64,000 nucleotides of DNA from Smithellaceae bacterium (GTDB lineage Bacteria; Desulfobacterota; Syntrophia; Syntrophales; Smithellaceae): NCBI GenBank assembly GCA_963667845.2, contig CAXXVL010000002.1, positions 2,560,001 to 2,624,000 on the forward strand. The letters are read 5' to 3'. Shown in pieces: positions 20,475-28,852 of the stretch. Position numbers and translations under genes: made by a program. Below the pieces are notes generated by a model that made no database searches, was not told where the DNA came from, and was given only the letters and a program-made list of their open reading frames with translations. Numbering within the stretch: the stretch's first letter is position 1; every line of letters begins with the position of its first letter.

Positions 20475-20536
20475 TTCATGATAAAAACTGTCTCACCGCA
20501 TTCATCAAGGCGGCAGCTAACGGACGGGAGTCTATC

Positions 20537-22075
20537 ATGATCGATGAAAATGATTTTTTCCGGCAGGTCACCACGAGAGTCTGCGGATCGCTGGATATTC
20601 GAACGGCACTGTCGAGGGCATTTCAATATCTCAGGGAATTCATTCCGCTTGATGCCATGGGGCTCCATCTGTACGAACCGGAACTCAATGTGATGCGCAC
20701 TATTGCCCGCGTCAGCGCGTCCGGAAGCCATGTGATGGACAAGGTTACCCCTCTGCGAGGGAAGTTGAAAGAATTTCCGGAGGCCGTCAAAATCGTCAAC
20801 CATCCGGATCGCGATCTTCTGGTCAAAACGATGATCCGCCATGGAAAGCCTTCCGAATCTTCCGTGATGCTTTTGTACCTGATAATGGGGCACGACAGGG
20901 GAGGGGCCTTGTCGCTGCGGGCGGAAGGCAGGGAGAAATACAAAGCGCATCATGCAAAACTGCTGTCGCTCGTAGCCGAACCGTTCACCATTGCTCTGGA
21001 TAACGCGCTTAAGCATCGCGAGCTGTCCATTCTCAAAGACCGCCTGGCGGACGACAACCGCTACCTGCAGAAAGAATTGCGGGATATCTACGGCGATCAA
21101 ATCATCGGTGAGAACTCCGGATTGAAAGACATTATGGCGATGGTTCGGCAGGTGGCGCCGCTGACCAGTCCCGTCCTGCTTCTGGGAGAAACGGGAACCG
21201 GGAAAGACGTCATTGCCAATGCCATCCATTATTCCTCCCAGCGCCGGGGCGGCCCCTTCATCAAGGTGAATTGCGGCGCCATTCCCGATACGCTTTTGGA
21301 CAGCGAACTTTTCGGGCATGAAAAAGGTGCTTTCACCGGCGCCGACGCCCAGAAGAGGGGACGTTTCGAGCGCGCGCACGGCGGGACGATATTCCTGGAC
21401 GAAGTCGGAGAACTTCTTCCCCAGGCTCAGGTCCGGATGCTGCGTGTCCTGCAGGAAAAAGAGATTGAAAGGGTAGGCGGCACCAAGGTGATACCGGTGG
21501 ACATCCGGCTGATCACCGCCACCAACCGCAATCTGGAAGAGATGGCGCGCTCCAATCAGTTTCGCCGGGATTTGTGGTTTCGCCTGAACGTCTTTCCCAT
21601 TCTCATTCCGCCGCTCCGGGAGAGAAAGTCCGACATTCCCGAGTTTGTCGATTACTTCCTGGAGAAGAAATCCCGGGATATGAAGCTTTCGCGAAAGCCA
21701 AAGCTTGCCTCCGGAACCATCAACCGGCTGCTCGATTATGACTGGCCCGGTAATGTAAGAGAATTGGAAAACGTCGTCGAGCGCGCCCTGATCATGAACC
21801 GGGGGGAACCTCTGGTCTTCACCGATGCACTGATCCCGAAGAAAGCGGACAGGAGCAACCGTCCGCCGGGTACGGGTGAAGAATCAATAAACTTGGACGC
21901 GGTCGTTGCGAGTCACATCAGAAAAGTGCTTGCGTCGACGCGCGGCAGAGTCCACGGACCGGACGGCGCAGCGCAGTTGCTCGGCGTCAATCCCAGCACG
22001 CTGCGGAAGAGAATGTCGAAACTCGGAATTGGTTACGGAAGAAGTTTCAAGATGAAGCGGGAAGAAAAATCGTGA
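20537..22075 (+). CDS. Sigma-54-dependent activator (GAF-AAA+-HTH), paralogue of 4716-6242
   Basis: Starts [19 protein letters not shown] like its paralogue; [24 protein letters not shown]. Confidence 0.93.
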   Translation: MIDENDFFRQVTTRVCGSLDIRTALSRAFQYLREFIPLDAMGLHLYEPELNVMRTIARVSASGSHVMDKVTPLRGKLKEFPEAVKIVNHPDRDLLVKTMIRHGKPSESSVMLLYLIMGHDRGGALSLRAEGREKYKAHHAKLLSLVAEPFTIALDNALKHRELSILKDRLADDNRYLQKELRDIYGDQIIGENSGLKDIMAMVRQVAPLTSPVLLLGETGTGKDVIANAIHYSSQRRGGPFIKVNCGAIPDTLLDSELFGHEKGAFTGADAQKRGRFERAHGGTIFLDEVGELLPQAQVRMLRVLQEKEIERVGGTKVIPVDIRLITATNRNLEEMARSNQFRRDLWFRLNVFPILIPPLRERKSDIPEFVDYFLEKKSRDMKLSRKPKLASGTINRLLDYDWPGNVRELENVVERALIMNRGEPLVFTDALIPKKADRSNRPPGTGEESINLDAVVASHIRKVLASTRGRVHGPDGAAQLLGVNPSTLRKRMSKLGIGYGRSFKMKREEKS

Positions 22076-22254
22076 TTCCGCCACGAAGGGTTTTGAGGCG
22101 ACTGCACGCGATTCCGCAAAATAATCAGAGCTGCACCAAAAAGAGATTTGATCCCGCTGAGCTTTTGGTGTCCCCCGCTCGCGGGGGCGTTAGTCCGGCG
22201 CATGCTGGATGGCGCCCGGCATGCGCCAGGTAAACCCCACGCCGTAGGTGGGTA

Positions 22255-22656
22255 GTAGCAGTCACACCAGGGCATCCGGCATACGCCGGAGTTCCTGCCC
22301 TTCGCTCAATGTCCTCGACTGTGGAGCTAAGTTTGCTACGCAACAGCCGAAAACTCATCCGGGCGGGCTCAGACAGTTCGGCCGTCTGACGCTACGCCGC
22401 GCCAAGCGCCACAACGTCTCAGCCATGATTCGCGAAGTCACACCCCGGTGCAACTGCGGAATGTTCGAGATACTTAAATACTTTAGGGTGTCCCTCTCAG
22501 GCTCAGAAAACTCGCCCTTCGGGCTCAAACAGTTCGGCTGTCTGACGCTACGCCGCGCCAAGCGCCACAACGTCTCAGCCATGATTCGCGCAGTCACACC
22601 CCGGTGCAACTGCGGAGTGTTTGAGATACTTAAATACTTTAGGGTGACCCGTATTG
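22255..22656 (+). repeat. Long structured non-coding repeat (family A), left copy, with internal tandem duplication
   Basis: 22349-22490 and 22506-22646 are near-identical; region matches 28440-28787 in reverse complement. Confidence 0.85.
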
Positions 22657-22702
22657 GCCCCTTATTTAAGGGCGCCCACACCATTGGTCTTGGTCCCTGT
22701 GG

Positions 22703-25378
22703 CTAGAAAAGCTTCAATTGTTTTAGCTGAGTGAAAATTGATAATACAATCTCAAGCCGCGCGCCAAAACGTTTTCCTGTTATTTTTGCACGGATAATGT
22801 TACCTGACTCTGCATCGATGACTGTTTCGGGTGTTTCGGCGGACCAGCTATCACCTATTGTTGGAATCACAATACGTAAAATTACTTCTGATGCTGCTTG
22901 GTGTTCTCTCCTATCAGTCCATTTCTCTATCCCATGGCTAAGTTCAAATAATTCAGGCATAGATATTGATGTATTTGTTAAATTATCAATCGCATCGGGC
23001 GTGTCGAATAAAGATACACCAGCTTTTTCCATTTTTTTTGCAGGAAAAGGATTTTGAGTTTCTAAAAGAACGACTCCTTCCTTGAAACCTCCTGCCTTAT
23101 CGCGCTTTCTGTCTTGATGTTGTTTCAATTCTTCGCGGCTTACATTGAGTAAAGAAAGAATTCCATCTACAACTTCACTCACATCTGCTAATTCGCCAAT
23201 TATTGAATCTTTATCAGCAGCATCCAAAGTTTCAAAAGATTCTTCGATCAATTTTTCTTGTAAAGCCTTTAGAAAGTAATCACCTGAAAGGAGTGTTTTC
23301 CTGACAGTCTCGCCACCTTTTTCAATATTTGTGGGAACTTTGTCTCGGACTAATTTGTAGAATTCCTGTTTATCTTCAAAATCCTCAAATGGTAATAGTA
23401 CCTCAACAATAGCCTTTGTTTGCATTAACTGGTAATATGCATGGGAGAGTATGCCTCCTTCAAGAAGGATGATAGCATCGATTTCATGTGCAAGCGCGCC
23501 AATTGTTCGTAGGGTATCTTTATCCCTTAGGAGCTTATCTTCAAGTGGTTGAATCCTAATTCGTCGCACTCTAGATTTACCTCGTGCAACTTCTTCTTTT
23601 AGTACCTCTATGTCAGCACTTGTTTTAATATTGAGAGATTCGTCAAAAGGTGTCTTTTTACGATGTGATGGTGCTCTACTATTGATTTTTGAGTCATAGA
23701 TTTCATGATGCCATGGGAAAACCGGACGACTACAAACACTGGGTGGCACACCAACAAACCACATTATACTGAGTGGTTGCTTTTCTTCTTCTGCAATTCG
23801 CCGCGACTCCAAGGCTATTTCTTTAACCCATTCCTGATTTGAAATAGACCCATGCCAATCATAAGGTGGTTTTAAAATTTGTGGGACCCAACATCCGTTG
23901 ATATCAGGTGAAACGAAAAAATGTTTAAATCTTAACTTTTCTGATACTTCAAATCGAATCATGTCAGCTGCAGTTAATTGCTTGCCTTTTGGTGTTTGAG
24001 TATCAACAATATATTTATCATGAGCATTATAATACAATCCCTCTGGTAACCCCCACAAAGCTTCAATAAGCACTTTCCTTTGTCCTGGGGCGGCATAAGC
24101 AAAAGCTGAAGATACAGCAGGTACAAAATTGTGAAATATGAAAGCCACATTATTCTTTGTTTTACATTTAATCCATATGCAGCTTTGCTCCTTTATCCAC
24201 GTTAAAGCGCTGTCGAGAGAACGAACTTCATTCCGTGGCAGCATTTGTCGACTGGCAATATCATCAGTGTCAATATCCATGCGGATAACCAAAGGACTTT
24301 TAACAAGTTGAAAAATATCTTCTTCCAATTCTGTGGGAATGATACCCGATGCGATACTCTGTATTATGGATTGGTCATCTAAAATATAAAGTCGTGTGAC
24401 TGGCAAGCCTAGGTTCATATATGTTATGACATTATTAATTTTGCTATATCGACATGCATCTGTTTCATCAACTATTTTGATACATTTTGGCCTAAATGTG
24501 TTTGGCAAAGATGATTTAATTAGGCAAACTTTAGTCGGGTCCACGCCAATTGATTCACTCTCTTGATCCGCCTGCACTATAAAAATTTGATGTCCATCCC
24601 ATATCCATTCCATATGAAGTCTAATCTTACTTTGATAAGTCCACGTTGCAGGAATCTCGAGGATCGCAGAGACAAGCGCAGATATGTTACAATCAAGTGG
24701 CCTATTTATATAATTGCTTACAACTATCTTCTTTCTCCAGTTGCGCAGATTAATATTAAAATGATTGCCACTATTCCTATTATCTATGTTTTCATATACA
24801 CCAAGCCAATCTCTACTCTCTTTAGAAAATCTACGTTCATTTGATAAATGACCTCTCGCAGATATCGGCAATACATACTGCTGAATGACAAGTGGTATCC
24901 TTTGGTCGCATAAATCAACATCAGTGGCCAGTTTGTGAAGGCATTCAGATAATGGTTGGACAATGTTTATTAATGTTCCATCAACGGAACAGAATTTCCC
25001 TCTTTCATTTAGGCCTTCCATGCAGCCTGAGGAACGAACTATAATTCGATCATTATTCACAATGCCGATGGATAATAACGCTTTAATTATTCTTATTGCC
25101 CATTGCCTTATCAGATTTGTTTTCTCTTCTTCGTTAGAATTTCTGTATAGAAGTAGCATATCGCTTGAAACAACGATAAACGGGAGAGTCCAAGCTTTTG
25201 GTAGACTGCATAAACCAAAAGCTTTTACGCCAACTTGATCAATGGTTATATCTGTGACAGGAATTTCAAGAGTATTTTCTTCAGAAATAAAAAGAATGGG
25301 ATATAGTGGCTGTAATGATGGGCGAGAATTATTTCGTTTTTTTGCCATCATCAGCCTTTGGTGAACTGCTTTTTCCAA
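22703..25378 (-). CDS. PEP-synthase/PPDK-type ATP-grasp + phospho-His swivel + MazG-like NTP pyrophosphohydrolase fusion (start may be ATG 25351/25348)
   Basis: VGVKAFGL, IVRSSG..E, LVIQQYV, MEWIWDG..IFIVQAD; IEALWGLPEG; EGGILSHA; KLVRDKVP...KLIEES.E...ELADVSEVV...RKRDKAGGF. Confidence 0.75.
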   Translation of the reverse strand: MEKAVHQRLMMAKKRNNSRPSLQPLYPILFISEENTLEIPVTDITIDQVGVKAFGLCSLPKAWTLPFIVVSSDMLLLYRNSNEEEKTNLIRQWAIRIIKALLSIGIVNNDRIIVRSSGCMEGLNERGKFCSVDGTLINIVQPLSECLHKLATDVDLCDQRIPLVIQQYVLPISARGHLSNERRFSKESRDWLGVYENIDNRNSGNHFNINLRNWRKKIVVSNYINRPLDCNISALVSAILEIPATWTYQSKIRLHMEWIWDGHQIFIVQADQESESIGVDPTKVCLIKSSLPNTFRPKCIKIVDETDACRYSKINNVITYMNLGLPVTRLYILDDQSIIQSIASGIIPTELEEDIFQLVKSPLVIRMDIDTDDIASRQMLPRNEVRSLDSALTWIKEQSCIWIKCKTKNNVAFIFHNFVPAVSSAFAYAAPGQRKVLIEALWGLPEGLYYNAHDKYIVDTQTPKGKQLTAADMIRFEVSEKLRFKHFFVSPDINGCWVPQILKPPYDWHGSISNQEWVKEIALESRRIAEEEKQPLSIMWFVGVPPSVCSRPVFPWHHEIYDSKINSRAPSHRKKTPFDESLNIKTSADIEVLKEEVARGKSRVRRIRIQPLEDKLLRDKDTLRTIGALAHEIDAIILLEGGILSHAYYQLMQTKAIVEVLLPFEDFEDKQEFYKLVRDKVPTNIEKGGETVRKTLLSGDYFLKALQEKLIEESFETLDAADKDSIIGELADVSEVVDGILSLLNVSREELKQHQDRKRDKAGGFKEGVVLLETQNPFPAKKMEKAGVSLFDTPDAIDNLTNTSISMPELFELSHGIEKWTDRREHQAASEVILRIVIPTIGDSWSAETPETVIDAESGNIIRAKITGKRFGARLEIVLSIFTQLKQLKLF

Positions 25379-25979
25379 AGAGTACGTTTGCTATTTCATA
25401 CATTTTTCCTACAGCATCATCAGCGAAATAGCCTGATAGGAAGCCTATCGAAACAGTTGCCGTGATCGATAAAGGTTTAGGCGCTGATAAAAAGCTGGCA
25501 TCAATCATAGCACCTATGACAAGCGCAATTGGCATTGCTATAAGTGGTGAAAATAGCCGCCAAAATCTTCTGTCCTGATGCCAATACCCTCTGGCGACAA
25601 CACGATAAAAATATTTAATCCCGAAAACAGAGCCGCCAAGTAGACCAGATACAGCATATAGTGCAAATTTATTTATTTTAAAAGATTCTGCATTCAGAAA
25701 CGGGAGTGTTGCATCAATACATCCTAGGCAAGAAAAGATAAATGAAAATAATAATAATATAAAAAGGTAAAATGCCTCACAACGTATTTCTTTTCTAGCA
25801 ATAGGCGGATAACAAGAAGTCCAATTATAAGGTTGCCTGCCATCCGTTGGATCGCCGGTTCCAACATTCGGTCCTGCAACCATATCTTCATTCGCACAAT
25901 TTATTGTGCAGGATTGATCCAAATTGTTTGCTTCGTGAAAATTTTCAGCTATGTGATTTTTTTTATCGTCAATAGTCAA
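25329..25979 (-). CDS. Multi-pass membrane protein (about 4 TM), unknown function
   Basis: Four hydrophobic segments; GLLGGSVF..KYFYR...WH.DR..WR...P and GFLSGYFADDA motifs; overlaps next ORF. Confidence 0.7.
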   Translation of the reverse strand: MTIDDKKNHIAENFHEANNLDQSCTINCANEDMVAGPNVGTGDPTDGRQPYNWTSCYPPIARKEIRCEAFYLFILLLFSFIFSCLGCIDATLPFLNAESFKINKFALYAVSGLLGGSVFGIKYFYRVVARGYWHQDRRFWRLFSPLIAMPIALVIGAMIDASFLSAPKPLSITATVSIGFLSGYFADDAVGKMYEIANVLFGKSSSPKADDGKKTK

Positions 25980-26011
25980 AATATTTTCCTTACGAATAGT
26001 AAATAGAAAAC

Positions 26012-26647
26012 TTAAGCAGCTAAATTAGCTAGCACCTTTCTCGTATGCATAGCAACATCCAGCTGAGGAAATCGTTTGTAATCAGATATGTCAATGCGTC
26101 CAAGATTTTTTGCGATCAGTTGACGAAAGAATTGAGATATTGGATATTCAAGAATATGGAGATAACCCATAGGATCTTGCCAAGTATTTGTTTTATGCAC
26201 GTCACTGTAAAATAAATATTCTCTTTTCTTTGACTTAGAAGATATTTCACTGGCATTGCATTGTAACCATTTCAGTCCAGATTGTTTAAGATCTGGCAGT
26301 AGTGAGCTACCCATAGGAACAAGATGAAGATGCGCATGGTCAGTGCCGCATGCTGTTATGGATCCTTCTCTATTTGCACCGTGTTCAAAAGCAATCAACG
26401 ACCCATACTTTTGAGTTAAAACGGGCAACAATGATTCAACGATGTTAGATAAAGCAACCTTACCATAGCTGCTTTGCATTGTGAGTTGGTGATTTTTGGG
26501 GATGATAAGCGTCCAGCCTTCTATTAATGCCCCGATTGATGCTATTGCAATGTATTCATCATTACTCGCGAAAGGTTCGTCTATTTCATTATATTGATAT
26601 TTACCATTAATAATGCCGCAAAACCTACAAGGACTGACATGTTCCAT
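26012..26647 (-). CDS. HIT-family nucleotide hydrolase
   Basis: N-terminal CRFC, G.L.EGW.LIIPK.H, FEHG, histidine triad HAHLHLVP. Confidence 0.82.
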   Translation of the reverse strand: MEHVSPCRFCGIINGKYQYNEIDEPFASNDEYIAIASIGALIEGWTLIIPKNHQLTMQSSYGKVALSNIVESLLPVLTQKYGSLIAFEHGANREGSITACGTDHAHLHLVPMGSSLLPDLKQSGLKWLQCNASEISSKSKKREYLFYSDVHKTNTWQDPMGYLHILEYPISQFFRQLIAKNLGRIDISDYKRFPQLDVAMHTRKVLANLAA

Positions 26648-26963
26648 TTCGTGACCATCCTTTTTAAAATAAATGGTAGCAAAATTATCTTTTATCTTTT
26701 TGCTACCTTAATATAATATACTTGTCAACAAGCATATCGTGCCACACGACAATTCAAAGTCATGGTTTTATTAATATTATAACTAACAAATATTAACAAC
26801 AGCCCGGTTTATTAAAGACGTTATTGACCTCTTGAGCTATTTACTGGAACACAACATAAATGAGCATGCCACTAAAGTTCCTTTGATATTAGTTTATATT
26901 ACCAGAACTGCATTCATTTGTCATGCACCAAAATGATTTAAAGCTTTATATTTATGAAACTTT

Positions 26964-27917
26964 CTACAGCAAGCATGCGCTGGCAGTTTCATCATAATGG
27001 CATATGGCTATGCCCGTGTATTTCGCCTTACTTTTTGATGGCAATGGCAAATCTCTTAAATTGGAGTAAATAACTTCACGTCCAATGAATGAATTGCCTC
27101 CCATAGGGTGTGCTGCATATGTATTATCAATCATTCGTGCAGATAAATCATAAACGTCATAAATATTTTTTATCATTGCAGCATTGTCATAAGATATAAG
27201 CCACGGTTTCTTTAATTTCACTAAATAATTGCGAAGTCTTATATGATCTTGATCATCAAATGCAAATCTGTATAATCGTTGAGCCTTATGGTAAAAAGGT
27301 GGGTCAAGATAGAAAAAAACGTTTTGTTTCTTTTTCCAATCTTCACATACTTTTTGCCATGGGCGGTGCGTAACTGCTTTTATTCGATTCGAGAGCAATG
27401 ATAAATCTAAAATTCTTGACGCTAGTTTATCACGATTAAAGCGACACCCCAATGTCCATCTATCTTGAGCCCTTCCACCAATCGGTCCCGCACTCGGATG
27501 TAAAATGCCTGAAAATGAAGTCCTGTTTAGGTACAGGCACTTTAAAGCTGCTTCTCTTGTGTTTTTAGGATGCAGATTTTTTTGATATTGCCAAAATTTT
27601 AAATTTAACGGCACATTGAATACGGCATCAGCCAGCCACATTGCATGCTCTTTTGAAAACACGCATTTCCATAAAGCTGCCACAATAGGATCAATGTCAT
27701 TGAGGACAATTGCTTCCACAATGTTTGCTTCAAGCAAAGCAATTGACACAGAAGATCCACCGCAGAAAGGTTCGATAAATAATCTAGAATTCAAATTATT
27801 CATTTCAATAGTTTGGCCTAAAAATCTAGCCAATCGTGCCTTGCTACCTGGGTAACGGAGCAAGCTGCGTGTTGCGGATTGAATATTTTTATATTTCATT
27901 AGATTATCATTGTACAT
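26964..27917 (-). CDS. Dam-like (D12 class) N6-adenine DNA methyltransferase
   Basis: LRYPGSK, FIEPFCGGSSV (SAM-binding), LYLNRTSFSG, YLDPPFY (DPPY variant), WLISYD. Confidence 0.88.
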   Translation of the reverse strand: MYNDNLMKYKNIQSATRSLLRYPGSKARLARFLGQTIEMNNLNSRLFIEPFCGGSSVSIALLEANIVEAIVLNDIDPIVAALWKCVFSKEHAMWLADAVFNVPLNLKFWQYQKNLHPKNTREAALKCLYLNRTSFSGILHPSAGPIGGRAQDRWTLGCRFNRDKLASRILDLSLLSNRIKAVTHRPWQKVCEDWKKKQNVFFYLDPPFYHKAQRLYRFAFDDQDHIRLRNYLVKLKKPWLISYDNAAMIKNIYDVYDLSARMIDNTYAAHPMGGNSFIGREVIYSNLRDLPLPSKSKAKYTGIAICHYDETASACLL

Positions 27918-28140
27918 GTCTATTTTAAGTTAGGCACAACATCCTATTCCCTCAATTTGTAATATTTATTTGTCAGATAATATGCGGAAATATTTCTTTC
28001 AAAGCAAGAAATAAATCGAGAAATAAATCGCGGTTAGATATTCTCTCTTAACTGTGGATGGTGACGGTTGGTACTACGGTGGCTACTGCGGGACACCCCT
28101 AAAATTCTGATTCCTGAGAAGTAAGCCCCCTTTTTCGAAG

Positions 28141-28436
28141 TCATAAAAACGACCATGCGCATGAAAAATGATTTTCGAGCACAGACGCTTGAGCATTGCT
28201 TAAAAGAGTCTCCAACGCGTATATAAACCACTGAACAACGCTTTTGAAAAAGGCAAAATGGGCATTGGTCCATCTTTTGATATTACAGGCAATAAGCTTA
28301 CAGGACACAGCAAGGAGGACTTTAACCACCCCGCGGACGCGGAGCCTCCCGATTCCATAAGATCGCTTCAACTCAGAATTGGTGGCCTCGATTCCCGAAC
28401 GGATTTTTATAACGTTCCTTCCACTGTGGTGTTTGA
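28141..28436 (-). pseudogene. Truncated, frameshifted DDE transposase C-terminus (IS1182-like)
   Basis: QTPQWKERYK /+1 A in poly-A at ~28404-28408/ IRSGIEATNSELKRSYGIGRLRVRG...IACNIKRW; no N-terminal part. Confidence 0.7.
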
Positions 28437-28439
28437 GTG

Positions 28440-28787
28440 CAATACGGTACACGCTAGAGCATTTAAGTATCTCAAACACTCCGCAGTTGCACCGGGGTGT
28501 GACTTCGCGAATCATGGCCGAGACGTTGTGGCGCTTGGCGCGGCGAAGCGTCAGACAGCCGAACTGTTTGAGCCCGAAGGGCGAGTTTTCGGCTGTAGCG
28601 CAGCAAGCTGTATTCCATTCCAGATCAGGATGATGCCGCGGCGGCAAGGAGGAGGCACCGGAGGCGTATTGGCAATACGCTGAGGAAGCCGACAGACGCA
28701 GACAACAAAGGCAGCGCTTGATATGGGATGGAATTAGCGCCACGGTCGAGGACATTGAGTCAAGGCGCACCCTGGTGTAACTGCCAC
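28440..28787 (-). repeat. Family A repeat, right copy (inverted relative to left), interrupted by a family B hairpin
   Basis: 28440-28606 matches the 22506-22656 unit and its 22333-22349 flank; 28734-28787 matches 22255-22330. Confidence 0.85.
28612..28734 (-). repeat. Family B hairpin element nested in family A
   Basis: Core GTCGGCTTCCTC..CGTA..TACGCCT.CGG.GCCTCCTCCT.GCCGCC shared with 42438 and 44576 copies; self-complementary ends. Confidence 0.7.
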
Positions 28788-28852
28788 CTTGGTGCTCTCT
28801 ATGATTGCAGCCGCTCGAAAGCCTGAGGCTCGAAAGTAGAGGCAAGTCGTTT

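Noticed and set aside
22349..22646. Possible CRISPR array
   Set aside because: Only two ~141-bp units, no unique spacers, and no cas genes in the window.
22125..22706. ORFs of 77-152 aa on both strands
   Set aside because: They are translations of the non-coding family A repeat, with no RBS or protein motifs.
26730..26747. Sigma-54 promoter upstream of the HIT gene (TGGCACGATATGC)
   Set aside because: GG-to-GC spacing is 8, not the required 10.
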